This document shows positions 38,101-52,300 of a DNA stretch of 64,000 nucleotides, piece after piece; position 1 is the first letter of the stretch, and every line of letters begins with the position of its first letter. Below the pieces are notes generated by a model. The model was not told where the DNA came from, did no database searches, and worked only from the letters and a program-made list of their open reading frames with translations. Position numbers and translations under genes: made by a program. This stretch comes from Podarcis erhardii (lineage: Eukaryota): NCBI GenBank assembly GCA_964252035.1, contig OZ176208.1; one strand, 5' to 3'.

Positions 38101-41100
38101 CCCCATACGCTTCTGAAAGCCGTGGCTCCAGTCACTCACGGGCACGTCATAGATCAGCACATGATGCTCCTGGCTTCCTGAAAATGTATAAGAGGATGCA
38201 CCGTATCAATCGGAAAGACTTGCTGAATTCTGAGGTAATCTGTTCTGTAAAGTCCAGGGTATTGCAGTATGAAAAGGAACAGCATAAAGACCTGCTGCAG
38301 GGCTGGAAAGACTCCTCTGCTGAGGAAGTGCCCAGAGACATGGTGCCCAATAGAATATCTGAATTTGAAAAGCTGATTCAGAAGTCAAAATCAATGCCAA
38401 ACTTAGCCGAAGAAGCACTGTCAGCAGTAACCCTCCTCGAACCCCCTAAAAATGGCTTCTGTACAAAGAGACGGTTTTCCATCGAGTCCTTGCTGGAGGA
38501 GGAAAACCAAGGCAGACATGCTACTCAGGTACAACGGAATTACAAATCTAAAACTCTGGTGCCAATTCACATTGAAGTGACTAGTGAGGAACCGCAAAGA
38601 TCTAATTTGGACTTTTCAGACAGTGACCAAGATGGGGTGGTCTCTGACCTCAGTGACTTTATACAGATAGAAGGCTCTTCCTTTTGTAGTGAAAGTGATT
38701 TCGACCACTTTTCCTTTACGTCGTCGGAAAGCTTTTATGGATCGGGCCACCACCACCACCACCACCACCACCATCACAAGCATCTCATCAGCTCCTGCAA
38801 AGGGAGGTGCCCAGCATCGTACACCCGCTTCACCACCATGCGAAAGCATGAAAGGGCTAAACAGGAAACTACCCCAGAAGACCCTAGAAGACAAGACTCG
38901 GACTCTGGCCTCTCTAAGATAGCATTCCTAGTCAGCCCAGTGCCTTTCCGGAGGAAAAAAACGGCAGCCCCCAAAAAGCAGTCTGAAAAGACTAAATGCA
39001 AATCAGCTGTCTTTGACGCTCTGGACTCTGCGCTTAAAGATATCTGTGACCAAATCAAAGCAGAAAGAAGAAGGGGAAGCTTGCCTGACAACAGCATCTT
39101 GCACAGACTTATTTCTGAGCTGCTTCCAGACATTCCTGAGAGGAATTCCTCCCTTAAAGCTCTTAGGAAGAGTCCCATGCTCCAGCCTTTTCATCCACTG
39201 CCTCAAGATGGTGCTATTCATTGCCCTTTGTACCAGAACGAATGTGGAAGATTGCCACTTAGTGCCTCTTACCAAGACATGGAAACAACCAACAGCAGCA
39301 GCCAAGAAAATGATAGTGCACTATGTTTCCAAGGTTGATTATCTCCTTTTCTTTATGCTTGTGATTGAGTCATCCACCCCCTATCCTTTCACTTCCAGCC
39401 CATTGTCATTGTGTTTATATTGTGTTTTTAGAAACAAATTGTTTGTTGTGCAAAAAGTTATAGGAGTGAAAGGCTCATTGTTGAGTGTAAAATTAAAGCT
39501 ACCTGTGCATAGAGATGCAATTATCAGATCTTCATAGGCTTCTAAAATAGTAAAGTTGTGGTTCATAATGAAAATGAAGGTCACACCCTTGAAAATCTGC
39601 TCCCAAGGAAGTGATGTAATTTCCTCACCCAGAGTTTTTAAAGGTAGGAAGATGCCTATGATCAGGGCAAAAATATCCCAATAAAATGCATAAGCAGTAG
39701 ACCATGGGAAGCTATTAGAGAAGCTATGTTGTGCAATAATAGCATTAAACAATGCAAGAAAAGCTGCTTTTTTAATTGGTTCTAACTAGGCTCACAAAGA
39801 GTATGCACAGTTATAGCTGAAACGTATTTTTACGTTGCTCAGTTAACCCTCCCTTTTTAGGTAAATAGAATGTTAGACCCTTTAAGAGAAGTGTCCATTG
39901 TACAACTATTCATTTTTTAGGGTGGCAAAACTAGATCTCTTTAACTATTTTAAAATGCCTCCATTCAGATTTGAGAGGCACAAAGGCACAAAGGCCAGAA
40001 GACAAAGACAAGGAGTATTGATAGCCATTTCTAACAGTTCCATCTTGCATAACTTAGCTTAACTTCCCATTTTAACAACAACAAAAATATGTTGGTATAT
40101 ATTAATTGCACAGAATACTATTCTGAGACATTCAACTCTACAATGGCCTGTTTTACACATAACACTAATCTATAATTTAGCACTATGTGCACAAGCAGCA
40201 GCAAGCCTCAGGCTTGTGCACTCGCCCTCCCTTTCTCCAAGGAAGAATTTGGAAACATCCATTTTTAACTAACTAGTTTTCTCTTGGATCCACACTCAGT
40301 GTGTTAGTTTAAACTACGGGTTGCTGAAACAACTGTAAGCTGTTAGGTGAGGAGGCTGAGCAGCCTCAACAGAGCTCCACTGCCCCTCCAGATCACAAGA
40401 AGACCCTCCCTGGAGCCCAAAGAGCACATCCTCTTTAGGCTGTGGGGAGGGTCTCCTCACAAGCCACTAGGACTTTCCGAGTGCTCTCCACTTATGTGCA
40501 TATTCACTCCGTAAGCATCTATCCTGGGGGTTTTCTTTCTAGAAATAAAAGTAAGGGTAGGGATGATCTGAGTTTTAATTGTGAAGTTCAGGGAGGACTT
40601 TTACTCCTCCTCATAGGGATGTGGGTGGCGCTGTGGTCTAAACCACTGAGCCTCTTGGGCTTGCTGATCAGAAGGTTGGCAGCTTGAATCCACACGATGG
40701 GGTGAGCTCCCGTTGCTCTGTCCTAGCTTCTGCCAACCTAGCAGTTTGAAAGCACACCAGTGCAAGTAGATAAATAGGTACCGCTGCGGTGGGAAGGTAA
40801 ATGGCATTTCCGTGCACTCTGGTTTCCGTCCCGGTGTTTCCGTTGTGCCAGAAGCGGTTTAGTCATGCTGGCCAAATGACCCGGAAAACTGTCTGTGGAC
40901 AAACATCGGCTCCCTTGGCCTGAAAGCAAGATGAGTTCCGCACCCCACAGTCGCCTTTGACTGGACTTAACCATCCAGGGGTCCTTTACCTTTTACCCTA
41001 CCTTTTACTCTTCCTCATCTGTTCAACTACTGTAAATTGCCCCCAAATATGCTCTTTTGGGAAATGGCACCTTCCTCGGGGAACAGGAGCTGTGGGAGTG

Positions 41101-44100
41101 ATTTTCAGTGAGAAAGTGGCTCAGAGATAGATGTTGCAGTTGCGATCCTAGTTGTCTAGTTCTGGACTTATATAAAAGAGGAATGCATACTTATTGATAA
41201 TCTGAAAAATGTCATGTAGTTCACCTTTCTGTGATTGTGGCATGTATCCGATACATTCCCTTGCATGTGGTTCCATATTTAAAATCTTATGATTCATTGC
41301 TATGCTTTTCTTACCCTTCGCATCCTTAATATCTCATACTTCTGTTCCTTTAGTTGCTCAAATCACTGTTGTACAAGTTAGAATTAGGGTGCTCTGGTTC
41401 TGCTTTTGCTCTTTAATTGCTCAAGTTCAGTTCTAAAGCATAAAGTATTAGTGGAAGAATTTCCCACAGTTCAGTTTTTAGCTTCTGTTTGTCGTTTTCA
41501 TTTGTTGGTTTCTATTTTTTTAGCCCCAACTTGCATTTGCCTCTTCAAATAGAGCCCAACGGCTTTATTTTTAATTAAACTGAATTTCACAAAGTGGCAT
41601 CTTATTTTCAGTAGACCAGGAGTCTCCTGGGAACTATTCTGCTTTCACGGATGTGGGTCGATGTGCTCCAAAGGAAAGAAGAGCAACTCCAGAGAGAGAG
41701 GTATTTAAAAGAAAATGAATAATTTAAAAGAGTTTGAAGCCAAAATAGGCATTCTCTGTAGTTGTCACTGACATTTATAAAAGTCCAGTTTGGTACTTTT
41801 TCTTGTCCAGGTGCTACAAAACAGGTACCATATATACTCACGTATAAGCCGACCCGAATATAAGCCTGCTTTCAGGCTGCTCGTTCCGCTGATGACAACA
41901 GTGGCAAAGGCGGCGGAGGAGGAAGGAGCAGCCCAAAAGGACCCTCACTCGAGTATAAGCCGAGGGGGGCTTTTTCAGCATAAAAAATGTGCTAAAAAAG
42001 TTGGCTTACTCGAGTGTACATGGTAATTTATTTGCCAACACAATGGAACTAGGATGGAAAAAAGAAAGGGAAAAGATAGCGAGATTCTGGTCCCCAGCAG
42101 TCTTGATGTTGTCTCTGAAGGCCTAACAACCTGTAATGTTAAATGCATGAATTGTGTCTCCATTGAGGGGGCTCCATTGACATATACATATATGTGAGAT
42201 TGATGATTATTTGTCACTCTCAACAGTGGCTGGCGTGGCATGCTAGCATTTATGGAGTAAGGCTCACCCTCAGGTTCCCATTGCACATTTGATACTCACA
42301 GGTACCAAATTAAATAGGTGACATACCATGCCTGCCAAACATCCCAATTTGAGCAAGGCAGTTCAAATTGGGAGCCTTTGGAAGGGAGGTGGGCAAGGGC
42401 AGGCAGGTGTGAAAGGAGAGGCAGACAATGGAGAATGGGTTGGTGGGGCGAGAAAGACTAAAAAGGATTGACACGTGGTCCAGAGATTGACAATTGGGGG
42501 GATCTTCTAATCTGGCGTATATATAGGCCACAATCATCAGACTCTGGCCTATCTGTGACTCCTGATTCCTTAACACCCTTTAATCATCCTGTTAAAAAAA
42601 AAGTTCATCTTGATTTTCATCCCCCAGATGTTGGAAAGTATGCCATGCAGTTAAAAAGCAATATAAAAGTCTCTTAAATAAGTTAACTGAATAATAGACA
42701 GATCATTTATAGCATAAATGCTAATAAGAGACATTGGAGACACTATTATTTTAAAATGTTAGGCCTTTTACTTAAGGGCTTACATAAAAAAGATTTTTAA
42801 ATGGTTTCCTTCTTTGCAAAGTTTTCGACATAACATTTAAATATTTATATTAATGTAAACTCATTTCTTTCCCTCCATTTCAGAGACTGCCAGCTAGAGC
42901 AGTATATGATTTTAAGGCTCAAACCCCTAAGTAAGTATTAGTGACTGCTGTTTTTCCTTTAAAAATTATTATGTATGTTGGAGCTGTTTGCAGAGGAAAC
43001 AAGAGCTATATGTAGGACTTTTAATTGCTCTAGATGAGTCTGTATATTAGATGTAGTTAAACTATTGTGGGCTAATTGTGGGATATTTAAGCATTCTACA
43101 ATATGCAAATGTTCAGTCATTTAACTTGAATGAGTCTCTGCAGTGTTTAACTGCAAAATAATGCATAGAATCATTCTCATGAAGTATTCAGCTATATCAA
43201 AGGCATAATAAATTTTAGGAAACATAAAATGTTACTGGTTTTTAAAGCTGAAGGGCGATATATATTGTTAGTAACTTAAAAGTCATTAATTTCAATGGAT
43301 TTACTCTTAGTTGGATAGCAACTGATAACTCCCCGTCACAATACAGGAAACAGTTTTAAAGTGAACTATGGATATTTATGTGCGATACTAAAAGTTCATT
43401 TTAGCTCCATTTGCACAATGGGAGCACATGAATGGATGCTGCTAATGCAAATACAGTGGTACCTTGTTCTACGAACAGTCCTTTTAACAAACTATTCGCA
43501 CAATGAACTCCGCACAAACGGAAGTAGGTGTTGCGATTAGCGAACTTTCCCCTGGAAGACGAACGGTGGAAGGGCACCGGTGGTGGGAGGGAAAGCGTGC
43601 CTCGGTTTAAGAACACTTTGGTTTAAGAATGGACTTCCAGAACGAATTAAGTTAGTAGACCGAGGTACGACTGTATGGTGTTTTTTCCTGCTTGCTTGTA
43701 CATTGTAACCAATATTGTTCTTTTACATTCCTGTTCAGCAAGAGAAATACAAAAAATGAGGAGGGAACCAGAACTAAAGAATGACTTGCCTTTTCATAAT
43801 AGAAGGGTATTTCTGTTGCATAAGAAAATTTTTGTTTGTTTTTTAAAGGCTGACGTTTTCAATAGCACAGTATCAGGATTCAAAGCAGAAAGTTTCCTGC
43901 TGAATATTTGTACAAAACGTTTTGAATTTAGGCTATGTTAATTATTCAAAACATGACTTGAGTTAACCATAGTTAGATGTTGTATATACACCATGCAAAT
44001 CATAGTTAAAGCTGTTTCTATATCTCCTTCCTTGCAAGGGTTGAGCGTGTCATGCTGGTTATTCGCTAAACATGCCTTGCAAACTAAACCATGTTTGAGA

Positions 44101-47100
44101 ACTTAAAGCAAGTTCTCACAGAAAAAAGCATAATAATTGTTTTTATGTTTGCACTAAGCCAATAACATCAAGTAGGGGCTCANNNNNNNNNNNNNNNNNN
44201 NNNNNNNNNNNNNNNNNNNNNNNNNNNNNNNNNNNNNNNNNNNNNNNNNNNNNNNNNNNNNNNNNNNNNNNNNNNNNNNNNNNNNNNNNNNNNNNNNNNN
44301 NNNNNNNNNNNNNNNNNNNNNATATAAAGATCATTTGAAGTACAAAAAATCTAAACAGCTAGCTTAACATTACTGTTTATAAATATCTGTTACAGGGAGT
44401 TATCCTTTAAGAAAGGCGATACTGTCTATATCCTCAGGAAAGTGGATCAAAACTGGTATGAGGGCGAACACTATGGAAGAGTTGGGATTTTTCCAATTTC
44501 TTACGTTGAGGTTTGTGCGTATTGCCATCACCCCCCCCTTCTGTGTTAGCTTTACAGAGTATTTGCGCAAACTGAATAGACTGATTTAAAGCAACCAGCA
44601 TTCTCTTTCCAGAAACTTCTTCCCCCTGAAAAAGCACAGCCAGCAAGGCCACCACCCCCAGCACACATTGCAGAGATTGGAGAAGCTGTTGCAAAATACA
44701 ATTTCAATGCAGATACAAATGTGGAACTGTCACTGAGAAAGGTAAGCAATGACTAACAGCTTCTTTGTCAAGTAAGCATTTAAACAGTATTGTTATTCAG
44801 AACTAAAATTACCTGAAGTGATGGAACGGAACGCTACTGTTTCACGCTGTGGCTGGTGAGATTTGTGGCTCATCGAATAAGGAAACAGGTGAAAAACAAG
44901 AGACTAGCCAACTTTTAATAGTACCTAGTGTTTCACACATATTTGAAGTGTTCGAAATAATTCACATACGCTGTCTTGCTAATCTCTTTAAAAGGGTCCT
45001 ATAAGTTAGACAATATATTGTTTGAAATAAGTGCTGTTGCACTCAGGTCCTTCCTGCTTGGAGACCTTTCATAGGTGCCTGGTTGGCCAATATGAGAACA
45101 GGACTCTGGACTAAATAGGCCTTTGGCCTTATCTAGCAGGACTCTTCTTATGTTTTTACATGTGTCTCACTTTTCCAGTGTGTTACAGCAACAGTGGAAA
45201 ATTAAAAATACAATCATATAAATTGAATGAAATAAATAACTAGAAACTGTCTCCACTAGTAAGAAAAGTTGTTGTAGAGAGCAACGGGGGGGGGGGGGAG
45301 GAATCATTTTTGAAATTATCCTTCTGGAATAAAAATCAGGAGGAACAATTCCTCAATTCCACATTATTTTCATGTTGTGGGCCATTCTGAAAGTACCAAA
45401 ACCCACCTGGTTGAGGTGAGCTTTGGGGTTGGAGTTTTCAGGCTCGCAACTCTCGCTCTTTGTTACTACACTACCCTGAAAGACCTGAAAGATTGGGTGG
45501 TAATGAACATGTGATGCTTTGTAGAGGATTATCACATCTAAGCTTCCAAGTTTTGCTTTCCAGGGAGACAGAGTAATTCTCCTTAGACGTGTTGATCAAA
45601 ATTGGTATGAAGGCAAACTACCAGGAACCAACCGACAAGGAATCTTCCCTGTGTCCTATGTGGAAATCATAAAAAAGAATGCCACCAAAGGAGCAGATGT
45701 TTCTCCTGTTCCTCCAATACCCCAGAGTTATTCCAGCGACAGAATACATCATTTAAGTTCAACTAAGGTAAGGAGAACTTTGATCTTTTCAAACATGTCT
45801 AGAATATTCCTATGCACAGACCTCGAGCCAAATTAACCAGAGGAATCGGTACATATTTATTGAAACGATCAAGCACACAGCACTACTACACTTTCCTCTA
45901 TGAAAACACAAATGCATAGTTTTTTGTTTGCAGTATTTATATAAAAAAAGGTCTCCCCGTTGTGTTACCTTTATGTTTTAAAAAATGTTTCCTTTTTGTT
46001 TTTTAAAAAATGATTCTCAGAGTTGGTTAGCACTAACCGTATTAAAGCCAATGGAAATCCACTTCATTTGCTACCGTTTATTGTAAGCTGCTTCCACTTC
46101 GTCCAGTTTCTTGCTCCTGTAAATGCAATGTGGATTGGTCAAATTGAAGGTTCCTCTTTTCACGTGTATAAACCTGTGATGGGGAAGAAGTTTGGTTGAG
46201 TTTTTAGGTTAAGGTGAACTTACCGGTACTTAATTTGCACTTCCCAAAACAATGCCTAAACAAAAACAAAAATGAAGCTATCCTTCAAAATTCACTTCTC
46301 TGAATTTTGCCTTCTAGTTTGCCAACCAACTGGTGTGTATAAAAATATGTATAACGGGAGGAGATGTGTGTAGTAATGCAACAGGCAATAATTATACAAT
46401 GGTGCCTCGCAAGACGAAAAGAATCTGTTCCGCGAGTCTCTTCATCTAATGGTTTTTTCGTCTTGCGAAGCAAGCCCTTTGACGGCTTAGCGGATTAGCG
46501 CTATTAGCGGCTTATCGGCTTAGCGGATAAGCAGATAAGTGGCTTAGAAAAGGGGGGGGGACCCGCAGGAACTCGCAAGACATTTTCGTCTTGCGAAGCA
46601 AGCCCATAGGAAATTCGTTTTGCGAAGCACCTCCAAAACGGAAAACCCTTTCGTCTAGTGGGTTTTCCGTCTTGCGAGGCATTCGTCTTGCGGGGCACCA
46701 CTGTACTAACGCTTAGTAGAAGTGGCAGCAACCCACAGGTAGCTTTGAATAGACTGCCTTGGTGCTACAGAGGCATGGGCATCCTTATATAGAAATGTAT
46801 GGTGCCAGTGCTGTGTGCATTTCACTGTCCTTTTTGTTGAGGACCTGCGTGGGCAGCAGCAACAGTTCATCAGAAATTATTCTGCAGTCCACTGATGGAT
46901 CACAATCTACATCCTGTCCATCAAGCTATGTTTCTGTCCTAAAATCATATCTCAAATCTCCAGCTCTTGTAATGTCAGATGTTGAACAAAAGAGGATTAA
47001 CACTATGATAAACTATTTGAATGTAAGGTGTTACTGTCATTGTGATGTACTATTAATTGCAGTTTCTCCAACATTTTAATATGTGCAGGTGTCAGTAGGG

Positions 47101-49305
47101 TATTTGGCTAGTATACAGTTGCAGCTAGCAATTGATGGACACTCTCCACCTAAATGTTTCAGAACAAAAGAGAGAATAGACTATCTTACTACTGCCACTA
47201 CCACCCACCATAAAATCTCTTCAATCCATGAATATATTGGATTTTAGTGGAGAACTATCACTTTATGTGTCATTGTTCATAATATTTTCTATGTATAGAT
47301 GATTACTAGAGGGGTGCTAATTGAAAAAGCTTTAAAATTTTGCAAACAGAATTCATTTTCTCTCTATGTGTCCAAAACATATGTCGACTAGCAGTTGAGC
47401 TCTTTCCATCCCCACTTCTCTTCTTCTCTTCTGAGCACCAAAAATATAGTTGATGAACTCTTTTAATGTTTACCATGTAATCAGTTCAAATCATCCTCAA
47501 ACCCAGAGGTTCTCATATTGTGGCCTACAGATCACTAGTGGTCGGCAAGCTCCATTTGTGTGGTCCACACAAAGGTTATATTTCAGTAGAGATCGCCTGT
47601 ACTTGGCCCTGCACCTGATTTTTCCTAATGACTGAGGTCAAGTCTCTTTTGACCAGGGACAGATGTCTCAAAATAGCAAGGCTCTGGCCTATGACTCATG
47701 ATCTTTATTTTTTTTAAATGCTGTTTACTTATTTTCCCCTAAAAATTACCAGTTAAAAGGACTTTTCTCAACCTCAGACACCTGATTTCCACAATACTGC
47801 ACTGGTGGTGCTGAAGAGCTAAAAGGTTGTAGTAAGTAGTCATCTGAGGCCCCCAGCAATCATCAAGTGGTCCCTAATAATGATAAAATTGAGGACCATT
47901 GCTCTAACTGCATCACAGAGGAAATTATGAAACTATTTCCTCCTTGCTCACTTGCCCTTTGTCAGAAGAGCACAGAGAAGTGTGCACAGGCCTGCACACA
48001 CCCTCCCATAGATCCAAATGCCATACTTGTCCCCACAACCATACATACCAACTGGTCCAAGCAGGAGTAGCCTGTATCATGGAAAGAGAAGAGTGGGCCT
48101 ATGGGATCTATATATGGCTGGTGCCCATACTGGCTGGGTATTTTTCACTGAGACCTGGCTGAGAGCAAGCCTGGAAGAGAAAAAGAGAATAAAGATCTCT
48201 GTCAAGCCTCCTGTTCAAGGGTCACTGAATCCTCTTCCCTGCAAGACTGTTCCTCAGAGTGGCATCCTGACACTGTGTCACCCCAGCTGTGGCAGCAGGC
48301 TTGAAAAGAATGGCAGTTGGCTACCAGCTATCACAAGGAGCTCTGTCTCTCTCTTGCTGTGCAGAGAGGGAGAGGGAGGGGGAAAGGCTAGTGTGAGGTA
48401 GATAAAACCCTAGAGAGCTGCTGCCTATCAGTACGGAAAATACCACGCTAGATAGACCAGTGGTCTGATGCTGTATAAGGTGCCACCCTTTACCCCTAGA
48501 GTTGATTTCAATCATTCCAAGAATTATCTCAAAAGTTTTTCTTTTCTTTTCAAATGAAGGATTAATTTTGAGTTTTAATAACAAAAACTACATTTTCAGT
48601 ATTTACTGAAGCAATGGATATCTACCGATGCAATATACGTATGAATCCCAACTCTTCCCGTTGTTACAAAAAGGACCTTTATTTTGCCAGAAGGAAACTT
48701 CAATCAATATTTAATTTTACAATATGATTCAGCCAATAAGGATATTCAAAATATATGGCTGTGTGTGTTTACAATGATTGTCTATGATGTGCAATAAGCA
48801 GCATCGGAATGCTGTATACTTTCGAAAGACATGTAATTATACGTCAAATGCAGTATGCAGTTGTATTTAAAATGTTTCTGCAAAGTTTCCATGTCAAGTG
48901 ATGATTTTTTTTTAATGCTTGCACAACCTGAGATTGCCCAGTTGGTGTTAATATTCACTAGTATTTAATAGTACCCCAATCTGAGCTGCATTTATATTTT
49001 TTTGACAGCACCACTCTGCTCTAAAAATAAGAATAGCCATGGTTTGGGGAATTCTGGCAATAACATTTGGACCGTTAGTCATAGGCTTACTAAAGGACAG
49101 TAGAGAGAACATAACTCTCATGGATCAAATTCACTTCATGAACTCAGTGATTCAGATCTGTCTTGATGTTTGACATTTAAGCTCTGGGCATGAACCTGAT
49201 ACAGTTTCACTTTTCAGATATGCTTTCTGCTCTTCTGATTCATGTGATAATGATTTCAGACATTTATGCTCAATGAAATAATATCCTATGACCAGGAGAT
49301 GTCAT

Positions 49306-49342
<37 letters not shown>

Positions 49343-52300
49343 ACACACACACCTGAGCCCATTGCCTTTTTTTACTTTGTTTTAATTTCTATGCTTTCCC
49401 TTATTTCTCAAGTTGGATTCCAAAGCATCATCCCCTCCTCTCAGGTACCGATCCTCTCCTTGTCCAGATTCTAATAAAGGGAATCTTCAGGCTGTTACCG
49501 ATGAATGGTTGTCACTGACTCTTGCCATCACACCTTCAAGCACACCTTCCCCAACTCCTCCACCTCCCAAACTCTTTCTTTCTGATTTAGAGGAACTTGG
49601 CACTCTAGCTTTGACAGGTCCGCAGAGCGTGCTGGGGCATTCAGATAATATCACTCCTCAAGTAAAGCACGACCATTTTGTTCCAATTACCTCACCAAAG
49701 GCTTCCCACTCCTTCCCTGAATCTCCAACTTCACCTCAGCCATTTTCTTCATCTGCCTGTAAATCACCTCCTCCAGCAACCTGGTTTCATGACAGCGTGC
49801 GTAAGCCTGTTACCAATAGTGTAAATCTGCGCGAAAGTAAATGTAGCAATTTCAGAGAATTGAGAGGAAGCCACACCACCAAGGAAAGGAAAAATTTCTC
49901 ACAAACAACTCCAGAAGTTCAAGGAATAGCAGGCCCTACTCTTGTTCTCTCCAAAGAAGACCCATTATTCAGAACCCTGACGGAGACTGACGAACCAGAA
50001 GAAGAAATCTGTGAAGAGCTGCTAGCGATAATCCAAGGGGGCCGGTCAAAATGTAAAGATTCAGGTTTCTACAGGCGTGCCCCTGATGTAACAGAACAAC
50101 TGGCAAGGCTTCACATAGAGGAAGAGCTGAGCCATGACAATTTAGAGTCACTCGTATCAGTTAAGAGAGAACCTATGATACCTTGCGAAGGGGACAGTTC
50201 ACCAGATACTAAAAAAGAGGTATTTAAACTTCTTAAGATAAACTCCTACATTCTCATCATGAATTCAAGTCTTAACTTTCCGTTGTGTGTGTTTCTGCCT
50301 GCATGTGCCTTTCTAGTATAAACTGCAATATTTTGAGAACAGTAGAATGCACATTAACGCACAAGCCCTCTCTCCAGTTCTTTTATTTTGGAGATGGGAG
50401 GAAATGTCACATTGTAATTTAGTTTACCCTAACTGAATAAAGTCTCTCCTTCCTTCCTTCTGGAGCTAGCCGCCATTAGTTGCGGCTGTCATCAGGAATG
50501 AAAAACCATTGGTTGCTTTGATGGGCACTAAGTAGTTTGGCACAACTCCTGGTCAAACTAGAAGACATGCCAATGTGATCATACTTTCCTAGGGAGGAAA
50601 GAGTGTAAAATCTGTCACCCCCATGCAATTTCCCCAATACAAATGCTCCACCACCAGACCACAGCGGCCAATTTTCCCCAGAAGGGGAGATGCTATTTGT
50701 AGCTATACCATCTCTTCTCCTATGGCAAACAGAAACTTCTGGCTTTTAATAGATAATTAACACCTCTCCTTCTACACACGGCACTGATTCAAGTCGCACC
50801 ACCATGGGATGCTACTTATTCAGAGACACACACCATGCCATCTAGTTTTGTCTCGAAAACTTTACAGTAAGTCATTCAGGAAATGCCCATTTATTTATAG
50901 GTCACTCTCTTGTTCAGAAGTAACCAACATGTCCTCCGGATGTCATTGGACTAAAATTCCTGACAGCCTCAGCAAGCATTGCCAGTAGTCAGGTAACAGT
51001 AATCCAACAGCATTTGGAAGGTACTGCATTGGCTACCCTGATCTAGTTAACTTGAACAATTCCCCATAGGTTTCTGATATAAAGGAAGCATTACCCAGAA
51101 TACCCATTAAAGTTAATGCTGTTTTATACTTTATACCTACACATGGTGTGTATAACACTGAATTCCTTGAAATGTGAGCAAGCCACAAACAACTGCTGCT
51201 TACCCCACCACATGAAGGGTTTACACAATCATTGAGCACAGAGCTTTGCTTAATAACAAAAAAAGAACCATCTAGCTTTAGAAACTGCCAACTGGCAGTG
51301 GTTGAGTCTGGCCCCAGCGCCATTCTAATTAGTCCCTGGTGGTTCTACTCAATTTTAATCAAGTTGTCATAAAATGTTTCCCACAGTTTTACTCATAAGA
51401 AAAGGGGGGAGGATTTTTGGCTTGTAAGATTGTCTTCCGTCTAATGTTACATCTCTCTTAAGAATTTGTATGTAGCATCCCAGCTGTGGAACCAGCCATT
51501 TATAATGGCCTGCCCAGTGTTTGTTTTCCAGCATCACCACTGTGCACACACAGGCAGCAAAAACAGTGTGTCTGTTGTGGTCCCTGGTCACTTGCATTCC
51601 GCTTGAAGGGTTAGACTTGCTCCCAACGGTGTTAAAGCCTGAACCTGCACTGAGTGATCAGTTTGCATGACAAAACATGCTTCAGGCCCTTTTCTGAGAA
51701 GCAGAATATGCCTTCACCACCTGAAAGAATACAAGCATTGGCTATCCTTGTCCAAGAGAGACAAGGGCTGCAATCCAGCAAACATTTTCCAGGCATACTT
51801 GTTAACTCTACATGCACAATCCTTTTCTTTTCCTCCGTGACCTTCACTGTAGACTGCTTTCTAAATGTGGGAGCATTTAAGAAGCAGCTTGCTGCACTGT
51901 GAGGTGCAGGAACAGGGACCCACTATGCCAGGAACAGGGAGCTGCTATTCAAGTAAGCAGATAGGAAACAGTCCTGCTGAGCACAGAGATCGATCCATGT
52001 ATTTCCAATAACTGCATTGTCCTTTATGTACTCAATTAACCCTACTGAACACAGCAATGGGTGGGAAGGTTGGGGGTGTCTCATTTCCTTTCACTGGTGG
52101 TGGTGCAGTATTCCTCTCTCTGCTTTATTGCTCCCTTTGTAATTGCTCTTCTGCTCAATTACTGTCTTTCTTTAAATGTTTAAGCCAGCTTCACTTCCCT
52201 ATGAGACGCAAGCACCTTCCACCTCTCCTTCTTGCCTTGCTTCCAGTCCTCCATTTCACTCAGCCAAAACATCTTTCTCTGAATGCGTTTCTACATCTTC

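Noticed and set aside
37885-39537. Multiple antisense and alternate-frame ORFs over the big exon
   Set aside because: Shadows of a long coding exon with no independent domain signal.
44143-44334. ORF spanning X residues
   Set aside because: Artefact of the N gap.
49009-49041. Possible 33-nt phase-0 microexon [11 protein letters not shown], overlapping a MEF2-like ctaaaaataa
   Set aside because: The acceptor is fine but the donor (atg|gtttgg) is weak and I have no homology support.
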